Below are positions 1 to 7,981 of a stretch of DNA of 27,083 nt, piece after piece. Within the stretch, counting starts at the first letter, position 1. Every line of letters begins with the position of its first letter. A program made the position numbers and the translations under genes. The notes under the pieces are model-generated. The model saw only the letters and a program-made list of their open reading frames with translations, had not been told where the DNA came from and made no database searches. This DNA comes from Candidatus Micrarchaeia archaeon. GTDB taxonomy: Archaea > Micrarchaeota > Micrarchaeia > Anstonellales > J096. Location: the NCBI GenBank assembly GCA_041500405.1, contig JBGQMB010000011.1, positions 1 through 27,083 of the forward strand, given 5' to 3'.

Positions 1-106
1 AGTCATATAAAATATTCCAAATTCTATTTTTTAATTCAGGATCCATAGTATCTTTTTGAACGTCTTTTGGCTTTATGATGTTTTCCCGCTCCGAAAAAGA
101 CGTCAT
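1..106 (-). CDS. Partial gene (runs off the window edge), AbiJ N-terminal domain 4-like protein
   Basis: Not in the ORF track. ATG at 106 reads MTSFSERENIIKPKDVQKDTMDPELKNRIWNILYD..., resembling the FSER...Q..MD..L.N..WN start of AbiJ_NTD4 proteins. A GGTGA Shine-Dalgarno overlaps the stop of the upstream reductase. AT-rich. Confidence 0.55.
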   Translation of the reverse strand, partial: MTSFSERENIIKPKDVQKDTMDPELKNRIWNILYD

Positions 107-113
107 GGATTAT

Positions 114-1337
114 TCACCCCATCAGCGCGCCCAGCACCTTGACCAATTGCGGCCTGCCGACCAGGACCTTTGCGGCGGCCTCGGCGAACTTGTTCTTGTT
201 CACAATGTCGGCCAAATCGTCCTGCGTTATGGTGTTGAAGATGTGGTTCAAGTCGTCGTCATTGAGCTTTTCCATGACCTTCCTGAGCAAAAGCCTCTTC
301 TCCATCTTCTTTCCGGCCGTTTCCCTCCACGGCTTCTCGTAAAGCGAATAAAGCAGTTTCTCTGAAAAGTCCTTTTTCCTGAAGCACTCCACGATTGCGT
401 TTGCGGCAAGCGCCCCGGACTCTATGGCAAGCGCAATGCCGCCGCCGTGTATTGGGTCGACCTGCTTCGCCGCGGTCCCGACCACAATCGCGTTGTCCAT
501 CGTGAACTTGTTTATGGGCTCGCACACGCTTATCACGCCGCCGAAATCCATGAGCGTTGACGCGTTTTTCAGCTGTGCGTTTGACTGAATAAAAGAGTCA
601 AGGAACGGCTTCGGGCCTGCGCCCTTGACATTTCCCCTCTTCATTCCGGTTTCAAGGTGTGCGCCGATGCCTATGCCGACATTCGCCCTCCTGTTGTCCT
701 TGGGGAATATCCAGACATAGCCGCGCGGCGCTACCTTGGCGCCGAAATACAGCTCAATTAGGTTGTCGTGCTTGTATGGCTGCATCTCGTACTGGTAGCA
801 CGTGTCAACATCGTAAAGCCTATGCACCGTCGGAAAGCCCATCCTGCGCGCAGTGAAGCTTTCCATGCCTTCAGCCGAAACAACCATGTCCGCCTTGATT
901 TCGTAAATGTCGTCTTCGGCGCCGCTCTTCAGCTTGACGCCCTTTATCTTGCCGTTTTCCCTTATAATGTCCACTACGCGCCGATTTACCTTCAACTCCG
1001 CCCCCTTCGCTATCGCAAGCTGGGCAAGCCAGCTGTCGAAAACCTTCCTTTCAAGGACCCATCCGCTGGTCTCCTTTGACTCCCAAATGAGCTCCCTACC
1101 GTTCGGGGCCACGACCTTCGCGCCCTTTACTTCCGTAGAATACACCGAGCGGGGCAACTCAAGGCCCTGCTCAATGACCTCGCGCGCCCCAAGCCCCTCG
1201 CCGCAGCGGACTGGATTTCCTATGGACTTCCTCTTGTCAAGCATGAGCACCGAAAGCCCCTGCTGCGCCGCGTGGCGCGCCACCGTAGAGCCCGCGGGCC
1301 CTGCGCCTATGATTATGACATCGTAATCATTTCCCAT
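114..1337 (-). CDS. Digeranylgeranylglycerophospholipid (geranylgeranyl) reductase family FAD oxidoreductase
   Basis: GAGPAGS dinucleotide-binding motif, PVRCGEG, GYVWIFP (YxWxFP), DPIHGGGI; 407 aa; GGTGA-like site upstream is weak but gene follows ferredoxin by 9 bp. Confidence 0.9.
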   Translation of the reverse strand: MGNDYDVIIIGAGPAGSTVARHAAQQGLSVLMLDKRKSIGNPVRCGEGLGAREVIEQGLELPRSVYSTEVKGAKVVAPNGRELIWESKETSGWVLERKVFDSWLAQLAIAKGAELKVNRRVVDIIRENGKIKGVKLKSGAEDDIYEIKADMVVSAEGMESFTARRMGFPTVHRLYDVDTCYQYEMQPYKHDNLIELYFGAKVAPRGYVWIFPKDNRRANVGIGIGAHLETGMKRGNVKGAGPKPFLDSFIQSNAQLKNASTLMDFGGVISVCEPINKFTMDNAIVVGTAAKQVDPIHGGGIALAIESGALAANAIVECFRKKDFSEKLLYSLYEKPWRETAGKKMEKRLLLRKVMEKLNDDDLNHIFNTITQDDLADIVNKNKFAEAAAKVLVGRPQLVKVLGALMG

Positions 1338-1346
1338 GAAAATCGC

Positions 1347-1574
1347 CTAAAGACCGTATTTTTTCCTTGCCTCTGCCGGCAGCTTCCCTGGCTCCTTTAC
1401 CTTCGGGAACATCTCTATGGCGTTGGCAGGGCACGTTTTGACGCAAAGCCCGCAGTCTATGCATTTTTCCGGATAAACCTTCATCCTTTCGCCGACATAC
1501 TCTATCGCGTTTACGGGGCATACGGACGAGCATCCGACGCACTTTATGCAGCTCTCGTGCTCTATTATTATCAT
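1347..1574 (-). CDS. 2x[4Fe-4S] ferredoxin
   Basis: CIKCVGCSSVCP and CIDCGLCVKTCP motifs. Start placed at ATG 1574 (MIIIEHESC), about 30 bp downstream of the TTTTAAAA box near 1607-1614. Confidence 0.9.
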   Translation of the reverse strand: MIIIEHESCIKCVGCSSVCPVNAIEYVGERMKVYPEKCIDCGLCVKTCPANAIEMFPKVKEPGKLPAEARKKYGL

Positions 1575-1665
1575 TGGATGACCTGGATTGGCTATATTTC
1601 CAATTCTTTTAAAAAGGTATCCCAATAATAAAAGTTTAAAACCTATTCACTGAGAAGGTGTCCGC

Positions 1666-2256
1666 ATGTATAGCATCATCAAGGCAGAAGAGAAAATCAG
1701 GGTAAGCCCGGCGCTTGCGAAAAGGGACATAAACGATGCCATAAAGGAAGTGCTGAAGGAGAAGTACGAAGGCAGGCTGATGAAGGATATAGGCCTTATT
1801 GTCAAGATAATGTCGGCGGAGCCGAAGAGCAGGGGCGTCGTGGTCTCGGGAGACCCGAACATCTATTTCACCACGGAATTCGAGATGGCCGCGTTCAATG
1901 TTGAAGTCAACGAGGTATTTCGCGGCGTGATAAAGGACGTGATGGACTTCGGGGCTTTCGTTGTCATAGGCCCAATAGAGGCGCTTCTCCACATATCCCA
2001 GATATCCAAGGAGAAATTCAGCATAAACAAGAAGGACAGGATACTGGAGGGCATAAGCGGAAAGAAGCTGAAAAAAGGGGATATTATATTCGCAAAGGCC
2101 TCAACCGTAAGCATGAAGGGCGCTGCCTCAAACATCAAGATAAGCCTTACCATGAGGGGCGACGGCCTTGGCAAGGACGAATGGATGAAGGAGGCCGGCC
2201 CGAAGAAGGAAGAGAAGAAAGAGGAAAAGAAGGAAAAGAAAGGTGAGAAGAAATGA
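1666..2256 (+). CDS. rpoE1: DNA-directed RNA polymerase subunit E' (Rpo7)
   Basis: MYSIIKAEEKIRVSP start; S1 domain DFGAFVVIGPIEALLHISQI; KISLTMRGDGLGK; AAGGTG SD. Confidence 0.95.
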   Translation: MYSIIKAEEKIRVSPALAKRDINDAIKEVLKEKYEGRLMKDIGLIVKIMSAEPKSRGVVVSGDPNIYFTTEFEMAAFNVEVNEVFRGVIKDVMDFGAFVVIGPIEALLHISQISKEKFSINKKDRILEGISGKKLKKGDIIFAKASTVSMKGAASNIKISLTMRGDGLGKDEWMKEAGPKKEEKKEEKKEKKGEKK

Positions 2257-2435
2257 AAGCATGCAAAAGCTGCGGCTTCATCGTGAAAATAAACAACAAA
2301 TGCCCGGCATGCGGCTCAGATGAGCTTAGCGAGAAGTTTCAGGGCATAGCGATAATATTTGATGCGGAGAAAAGCGAGGTCGCGAAATACCTCGGCAAGA
2401 AGGCGCCAGGGGAATACGCGCTGAAGATAGATTGA
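2253..2435 (+). CDS. spt4: Transcription elongation factor Spt4 (RpoE'')
   Basis: MKACKSC...CPACGS zinc ribbon, SEVAKYLG..PGEYALK; ATGA overlap with rpoE1, the conserved gene order. Confidence 0.95.
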   Translation: MKACKSCGFIVKINNKCPACGSDELSEKFQGIAIIFDAEKSEVAKYLGKKAPGEYALKID

Positions 2436-2450
2436 CTGGAAGGTGTTGAC

Positions 2451-2708
2451 ATGGGAATGGGAAAGAAGAGCAGGGGGAGGGAGCCTCTTGTCAGGTGCGA
2501 AGCCTGCGGAAGAAGGGTCCCAAGGGACAAGACTGTAGACCTTATAAGGGGAAGCAGGTATGACATCGGAGACCAGAAGGATGTCATAATGGACACCGGC
2601 ATAAGGAGGATGTATTACTGCATAAGCTGCGGCAAGCACAGGAAAATCTTCGAGATAAAGAAGAACCAGGCGCTGCGGAAAAAGGAAAGAAAGGAAGGGG
2701 GCTACTGA
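2451..2708 (+). CDS. rps26e: 30S ribosomal protein eS26
   Basis: RGREPLVRCEACGRRVPRDK and YYCISCGKHRKI match the eS26 zinc-binding motifs. Confidence 0.88.
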   Translation: MGMGKKSRGREPLVRCEACGRRVPRDKTVDLIRGSRYDIGDQKDVIMDTGIRRMYYCISCGKHRKIFEIKKNQALRKKERKEGGY

Positions 2709-2996
2709 ATGGAACGCCAAAGGCTTCCCCCTGACACGTTTTTTTACGAGCTGGGGAGCCTGCCCCTTATCATCGTAAAATGCAGGCGCGGATACATAGC
2801 AACGAGCTACATAAGCAGGGACATGGCGGAAAAGGTCGGAGACATTGCCGGCTTTGTGAAGGGCGTGAAAACGCTTGACGAGTTCATGAAGGCAAAGCTA
2901 AAGGAAGTCACCACCTGGGGCGACAATGCCGGCCTCAGGAGCGGCATGACCGTGAAAAGGGCAATAGAGATGCTGAATACCGAGGAAAAGGAGTAG
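2709..2996 (+). CDS. YunC/DUF1805-like protein
   Basis: LPLIIVK..RGYI...Y....AEK.GD.A..VKGVKTLDE...A...EVT......G...GMT...A pattern typical of the YunC family. Confidence 0.7.
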   Translation: MERQRLPPDTFFYELGSLPLIIVKCRRGYIATSYISRDMAEKVGDIAGFVKGVKTLDEFMKAKLKEVTTWGDNAGLRSGMTVKRAIEMLNTEEKE

Positions 2997-2998
2997 CG

Positions 2999-3562
2999 TC
3001 ACTGGCCAAACCTTTTGAAGTCCGGCGCGTTAGTCATCAGTTTGATGAACTCAGTCATTATGTTGGGCAGGCGGACTTGCCTCTGCCTTTCGAATTCCAC
3101 CTTCTCCTTGCAGCCGCTGACATAGCTGCTTTCGGTGCTGCCGGATGATATGGGCGTCGGTATCTTGTCCAAAATGCTTTGGATTGACAAGAACACGCTC
3201 GGGTATATTTTCTTCTTGCAATAGCTTTCGTCGAGCGCGTTGACCGCAAGGTCCTCCACGCAGTCATTGTACATGTTGACCTCGTGGTTCAGCCCTATCC
3301 AGTGCGAGGTTGAGCTTAGAAGGCTTGGGCTTACCAAATCCTTTATCATTTCACACTGCGCCATGGCGTCGTCAGCTTCGCCGAACGCCCCATAATAATG
3401 CGATTTTTTCAGCAGGCACTCTGACTGGAAATGCGCAGACGGGTATTTATTCACATTCATGCAGTCCTCTTTTATGGCGTCAGAATAAATGTTGACGCAT
3501 CCGGGGAAAAACGCCATTGAGGCAAAAAGGAGCATTATGGGCAAGAATAGAAGGAGCTTCAT
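2999..3562 (-). CDS. Cysteine-rich secreted protein or lipoprotein, unknown function
   Basis: Hydrophobic N-terminus ending FFPGC (lipobox-like); spaced Cys residues; start overlaps the cdc6 stop (ATGA). Confidence 0.7.
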   Translation of the reverse strand: MKLLLFLPIMLLFASMAFFPGCVNIYSDAIKEDCMNVNKYPSAHFQSECLLKKSHYYGAFGEADDAMAQCEMIKDLVSPSLLSSTSHWIGLNHEVNMYNDCVEDLAVNALDESYCKKKIYPSVFLSIQSILDKIPTPISSGSTESSYVSGCKEKVEFERQRQVRLPNIMTEFIKLMTNAPDFKRFGQ

Positions 3563-4755
3563 GCCCTCATCCCCACCCTCTTCTCGACTATGCTCACTAT
3601 GTCAGACGGGTTGTGGCCCGCCTTTATAAGCCTGGTGTGGCCCCTTATGCCCTTGCTCGTAAACACCGTCGATATCAGCCCAAGCGCCTCAAGCTCGTTT
3701 ATGTATTCCCTGTACCATCTTGCGCTCTTTGGCGAATTTCCTATCTTCTTGGCTATCTTGGTGTATTGGTCATAAACGTCGCCGGAAAACAGGTAGGTGT
3801 CGTCCCCCTCTGTGAGTTTCTGCTTGTTCATGAGCGTCATTTTTGCTATAGTGTACAAAACAACCTGGTGGTTTATCGGAAGGGTGGATATGCCCTCTGC
3901 CGCAAAATCGTATTCAACAAGGTTGCGCGCGTCATTGACGTGCTTTTCCTCCACGGTGGAGGCGCCCTGCGACTGCGCCACGTCCCCGGCCTTGACCAAA
4001 AGCTTGAGCGCATACCTGGCGTCGCCGTTGTCGGTCGCCGTTATCGCCGATATCAGGCCCAATGCCGCGTCGGACACTGTCCCCTTCTCAAAGCCCTGCT
4101 CCACCCTCTGGCTCAGGATATTTTTGAGCTGGGAAGCGTCGTATGGCGGGAAAATGACCTCATTCTCGTAAAGGCTGCTCTTGCTCCTTGTGTCCAGCCC
4201 GTTCTTGAACGTGAGCCTGTTGGAAACGCCGACCATTGTCAGGCTCCCTACCTTGGTCTCGTCGTTGCATCTTGTGAACATGTAAACAAGGTCGCTAAGG
4301 TCCTTTATCATGTCCAGCTCGTCCAAAACCACGACGATGTGCGACCCTTTTGACATTTTTTCGACCAGCTTCTCATATATATAGGATATGCCGTATCCGG
4401 ACTTCTCAAGCTCCGGGAAATGCGGCTTCATCAGCTTCTGCAGTATCCTGTACCTTGAGTCGTCTATCCTGCAGTTCAGGTATACCATCTCAGTCGGGAT
4501 GCCCGACTTCTGCGCCGTCCTGTTGAATTGGTTCATGACGTACTTTATGGACGCCGTTTTCCCGGTTCCGGTGTTTCCGTAAAGAAACAGGTTCCTGGGC
4601 TTCTGGCCCTTAAGCGCCGGAGCCAGCGTGTTCATTATGTCCTTTAGCTGGCTTTCCCTGAACAAAATGACCTCGGGAACGTAATGGGGCGACAAAACGG
4701 TAAGATTGGAGAAAATGGAGCTCTTGCCTAATATCTCCTCAAAAGTCGCTACCAT
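3559..4755 (-). CDS. cdc6: Orc1/Cdc6 replication initiation protein
   Basis: LSPHYVP..ILFRE; Walker A GNTGTGKT; YLNC; Walker B VVLDELD; FPPYDASQLKNIL; GDARYAL; winged-helix ELEALGLI...GIRGHTR. Start at ATG 4755 (MVATFEE), about 26 bp downstream of a TTTAAAAA box. Confidence 0.95.
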   Translation of the reverse strand: MVATFEEILGKSSIFSNLTVLSPHYVPEVILFRESQLKDIMNTLAPALKGQKPRNLFLYGNTGTGKTASIKYVMNQFNRTAQKSGIPTEMVYLNCRIDDSRYRILQKLMKPHFPELEKSGYGISYIYEKLVEKMSKGSHIVVVLDELDMIKDLSDLVYMFTRCNDETKVGSLTMVGVSNRLTFKNGLDTRSKSSLYENEVIFPPYDASQLKNILSQRVEQGFEKGTVSDAALGLISAITATDNGDARYALKLLVKAGDVAQSQGASTVEEKHVNDARNLVEYDFAAEGISTLPINHQVVLYTIAKMTLMNKQKLTEGDDTYLFSGDVYDQYTKIAKKIGNSPKSARWYREYINELEALGLISTVFTSKGIRGHTRLIKAGHNPSDIVSIVEKRVGMRA

Positions 4756-4843
4756 GGAAATGTATTTGCCCAGCATAATATTTTTAAACTGGACGTATAA
4801 AGGTTTAAAACAGCTAAGAAACATATGAAAAAAGGTGAATTAA
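4756..4843. promoter_or_regulatory. Divergent promoter region between cdc6 and sepF
   Basis: Two TTTAAA-type TATA boxes (about 4781-4788 and 4803-4810); GGTGA SD before sepF. Confidence 0.6.
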
Positions 4844-5215
4844 ATGGGCATTATGGACAAAGTGTTTGGCAAGAAAGATGAAGGCGACGGAAAAGAGAAC
4901 CTTGATGAACTGCTTTCAGGAGCAACGCAGGATGTCGGAGACGCGGTGAACCCGCCAGCAAAGATGTATATCAAGAAGAAGGAGCTGAGGAACGACGGGG
5001 ATGTTGAGCTTATAGCAAAGGAGCTTCAGCAGGGAAACATTATGATTATAGACATAACCCCCCTTGCGAACCAGCCCAACAGGCTTAAGACCATGATTGA
5101 GAAGGTAAAGCAGATTGGCGGAAAGCTCAACGGGGACCTTGCGGCGCTCACGGACAAGCTGATAATAGCGACTCCTACCGCAATAAAGATAGTGAAGTCA
5201 AAGAAGGCGGAGTAA
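4844..5215 (+). CDS. sepF: Cell division protein SepF (archaeal type)
   Basis: Amphipathic N-terminus MGIMDKVFG; core ELQQGNIMIIDITPL...GDLA......IIATP..IKI. Confidence 0.85.
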   Translation: MGIMDKVFGKKDEGDGKENLDELLSGATQDVGDAVNPPAKMYIKKKELRNDGDVELIAKELQQGNIMIIDITPLANQPNRLKTMIEKVKQIGGKLNGDLAALTDKLIIATPTAIKIVKSKKAE

Positions 5216-5257
5216 TCTCCGCAAATCTTTATTTTTGCCATTCAAACAGCGGAAAAT

Positions 5258-5590
5258 ATGATTTCTATGAGAATGGCTGCATTGGTTTCGGTTTTTTGCA
5301 TTGCCCTTCTGTCAGGATGCATAGTGGCGGATTCCATTGTTGGATGCTGGACGCAGACAACAAGCTTTTTGGGATTGAAGAGCAGCATGCAGTTCAAGGG
5401 TGACGGGACGTTTGTCCTGCACGCCGTGCTCAGCGATTCCACAGGGACGTGGAAACGGATAAACGGCACCGCGATAGAGCTCAACTTTTACGACAATTCA
5501 TTGCTAAGGGACGCTGTCGCAACATACGACGAAACAGAGAAAACGCTGGAACTGAACAGCGTGAAATTCATAAAGGCAGAATGCGGATAA
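5258..5590 (+). CDS. Small lipoprotein, beta-rich (lipocalin/DUF5640-like), unknown function
   Basis: Signal ending LLSGC; SIVGCW...MQFKGDGTF...GTWK pattern. Confidence 0.65.
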   Translation: MISMRMAALVSVFCIALLSGCIVADSIVGCWTQTTSFLGLKSSMQFKGDGTFVLHAVLSDSTGTWKRINGTAIELNFYDNSLLRDAVATYDETEKTLELNSVKFIKAECG

Positions 5591-5591
5591 T

Positions 5592-6443
5592 TCACTTTTT
5601 CACTGACTTGGACTGCATCTCAGCCACCATCTTCGCAAGCTCCTTTTCCCCTGCAAGGTCATAAAGGAACCTTGCCGCGTGGTAATACTGCCTTTCAAGC
5701 ATTTTTTCCGCCATGAGGACAAAATCGTCCTTTGTGGCGCCTGATTTTGCTAGGCTTTTTTCAGCTTCCTTGAGCGGCATGCCTGTCATAAGCCCAACGA
5801 ACCCAAAATTCATGTCATCATGTGCCTTTGCGTAGCACCGCAGCGCCTCCTTGAGGCACCTCGTGTCCCCGCTTGAGTCTGCCATTGCAACATAGTCGTC
5901 GCCGGCCCTTTTCCACGCCGATTTTGCCAATTCGCCTTGCCCGGCGTTTTCATACGATTCGGCCGCATTTTCGTACAGCGAAACCGCAACCTTTCCCTTT
6001 TTCCTTTCCTGGCTTGCGGACCCTGCCGAAGCCGGCTTATTGCCAATTGTTTCGGCCTGCCCGATGTAGCTGTCCCCCGCCTGTTTCCATGCGCCGCTTG
6101 CGCTTGAATCGTCGCCTGCCTTGGAGTATGCCTCTGCGGCAGATGCAAAATCCCCTGACGCCATGCACTCGTCCCCGAAAAAGCGGTATGACTCCGTCCG
6201 TATTGTGCCCAGGTTGGCAATCGTGTCCTTGGGCAGGTGCGGGGATTTCCTTGAAAGAAGCCTTTCCAGGAACAGTATCCTGTCGTAATGGGACTTTTCC
6301 TCGAGCTTTTTGCGCATCTCTTCCAGGCTCAGGCCCTTCTTTATGTCCTCTTCAATCGGGTCTTTCCCAAGAATGAGCTTTTCCCTTGGCTTGTGCTGTT
6401 TTTCCTCTTCAGAAGCGAGCGTCTCGTAAACTGTGTGCCTCAT
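5592..6443 (-). CDS. Helical repeat (TPR/SNAP-like) hypothetical protein
   Basis: Internal repeats AAEAYSKAGD...AWKQAGDSY and AAESYENAGQ...AWKRAGDDY. Probable start ATG 6443, 7 bp after the PCNA stop. Confidence 0.65.
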   Translation of the reverse strand: MRHTVYETLASEEEKQHKPREKLILGKDPIEEDIKKGLSLEEMRKKLEEKSHYDRILFLERLLSRKSPHLPKDTIANLGTIRTESYRFFGDECMASGDFASAAEAYSKAGDDSSASGAWKQAGDSYIGQAETIGNKPASAGSASQERKKGKVAVSLYENAAESYENAGQGELAKSAWKRAGDDYVAMADSSGDTRCLKEALRCYAKAHDDMNFGFVGLMTGMPLKEAEKSLAKSGATKDDFVLMAEKMLERQYYHAARFLYDLAGEKELAKMVAEMQSKSVKK

Positions 6444-6450
6444 GAGCGCG

Positions 6451-7197
6451 TCAGGATTCCGATGCCGGCGCAAGGTAGTACCTTATGAATGCGCCCTCAA
6501 GGTTGAACTCGAGCCTGAGCGGCTTCTCCGTCTCCATGAATATGGTGACTATGTCGCTCTTCCTCGTGGCCTTGAGTATGTCGGAGAGGTATTGCGTCGG
6601 GTAGAGCGCCCTTGCGCCGCTTTCCGCCGTTATCTCCATTATTTCCTCGCCGTCAACCTTGAAGTCCTCCTTGATTTCCCCGGTCTCGCTCTTGATGTCT
6701 ATTGAGACCCTGTCGGGCTCGACGATGAACTTCACGTAGTTGGACACTATGCTTGTGTCGTCAACGATTTCCTTGAGCGTGTCGGCGGAGAGCTTGAATG
6801 AATTGCTGTATTCGATGGGCGGCTCCTTGCTCACGCCCTCTGTGAGGTCAAGCAGCGGCATCCTGAATTCCCTTTTTGACTTTTCCGTTTCAAACGTCAG
6901 CACCAGCTTTCCCTTTTCAACGCCTATCCTTATCTGCTCGTTGGCCTTTGCCCTCCTGAGAATCTTCTTGGCATAGTCTATGTCCAGGCCTACGGAAAGG
7001 GGCTCGTCCACCTCATACTCCAGGAACGTCTCCTTCGGCAGCCTGAATATTATCATTGATATCTGGCTCGGGTCCATTGCTATGAGGCTTATCTGGTCCT
7101 TGCCTATCTTGAAAACGCCTTCATCTATGATGTTCCAAACTGCCTCCATGGCCTTTGCGAAACCGCGGGCAGAAGGATAGAGCAAATTCATTGACAT
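6451..7197 (-). CDS. pcn: DNA polymerase sliding clamp PCNA
   Basis: IIDEGVF, LIAMDPSQISMI, ALYPTQYLSDILK, PLRLEF, YYLAP; 248 aa; GGTGA SD. Confidence 0.95.
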   Translation of the reverse strand: MSMNLLYPSARGFAKAMEAVWNIIDEGVFKIGKDQISLIAMDPSQISMIIFRLPKETFLEYEVDEPLSVGLDIDYAKKILRRAKANEQIRIGVEKGKLVLTFETEKSKREFRMPLLDLTEGVSKEPPIEYSNSFKLSADTLKEIVDDTSIVSNYVKFIVEPDRVSIDIKSETGEIKEDFKVDGEEIMEITAESGARALYPTQYLSDILKATRKSDIVTIFMETEKPLRLEFNLEGAFIRYYLAPASES

Positions 7198-7259
7198 TCA
7201 CCTTTTAGCATATTCCATAGTCATGTTTAAATAGCTTTGCCGCACCGTCTGCGGAACGG

Positions 7260-7796
7260 CTATTGGAGGCCGCCGCTGGCGTAGTGCAGGGCATATGCGA
7301 TGTTTTTGTCGGTCTGGCCAAAAGCGCCTATGCTGGCATCCGTAAAAGCCTGCTGCACCGGTATGTAGCAAATGGGGCGTACGCTTGGCGCAGGATGATT
7401 CTGTCTCATGTACATATACTCCTCAACAAAAATGCCACATGTTCCGTTTCCGGATTCCTTGATGACCTTTAGCGTCTCTATTGAGGCTCTGAAGGCCTGC
7501 GCCGCAAGTACCAGGTCTCCCTTGTCCATATAGACCATGCCCTTAAGCAGAATGACCTCCGGCGAGATTCCGCAGGAATAGATGGCTTCACCCAGGTTCT
7601 TGAGCGCTGCCTCCATATCCATGGATGAGGCGCATTTTATTGCCTTCCGTATCAGCGTCCCGCGCCTTTCATCCAGCGTCGGCTCGGGCTTCATAAGATG
7701 GTATTTCCTGAGCAATGTCGCGATTTTCCCTTCCCTTGCCGTCGCCTGGGGCTTCGGAATCGCCTGACTGCCAAGGGTGGGTTGTGCTAGTTCCAT
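7260..7796 (-). CDS. Hypothetical protein with a TPR-like segment
   Basis: AALKNLGEAI...PEVILLKGMVYMDKGDLVLAAQAFRASIE is TPR-like; own TATA box (ATTTAAAAAT on the minus strand) about 26 bp upstream. Confidence 0.6.
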   Translation of the reverse strand: MELAQPTLGSQAIPKPQATAREGKIATLLRKYHLMKPEPTLDERRGTLIRKAIKCASSMDMEAALKNLGEAIYSCGISPEVILLKGMVYMDKGDLVLAAQAFRASIETLKVIKESGNGTCGIFVEEYMYMRQNHPAPSVRPICYIPVQQAFTDASIGAFGQTDKNIAYALHYASGGLQ

Positions 7797-7840
7797 AATG
7801 GTCTTTTTTGGGCTGGAAGGATTTTTAAATCAGTGATAAA

Positions 7841-7861
7841 AGCCCCTAGTGGAGTTTGAAT
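7841..7861 (-). repeat. Duplicate of the tRNA-Thr 3' end (att-like direct repeat)
   Basis: agcccctagtggagtttgaat (7841-7861) versus agccccgagtggagtttgaat (7982-8002): 20 of 21 identical. Confidence 0.85.
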
Positions 7862-7981
7862 GATCCTTTTTCTTTAGAAAAGAAAAAGTCTTCACCCCAA
7901 AAGAAACTACTTTAGGCGCTGTTGCGCCCTAAATGCTTTCTTTTTCCCCAAGTGCTTTTTCTTAGCAAAGAAAAAGGACTT
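7862..7981. mobile_element. 120-bp imperfect palindromic mini-element (MITE-, REP- or integrative-remnant-like) at tRNA-Thr
   Basis: Nested inverted repeats tcctttttcttt/aaagaaaaagga, aagaaaaag/ctttttctt, aaaagaaa/tttctttt and tttaggcgc-tgtt-gcgccctaaa; bounded by the 21-bp tRNA repeat. Confidence 0.55.

Noticed and set aside
2195..2256. GAAGAGAAGAAAGAGGAAAAGAAG low-complexity repeat
   Set aside because: Encodes the KKEE tail of Rpo7; not a DNA-level element.
4756..4843. Replication origin next to cdc6
   Set aside because: Only 88 bp, accounted for by two TATA boxes and an SD; no ORB (TTCCAGTGGAAA-like) repeats or G-string seen.
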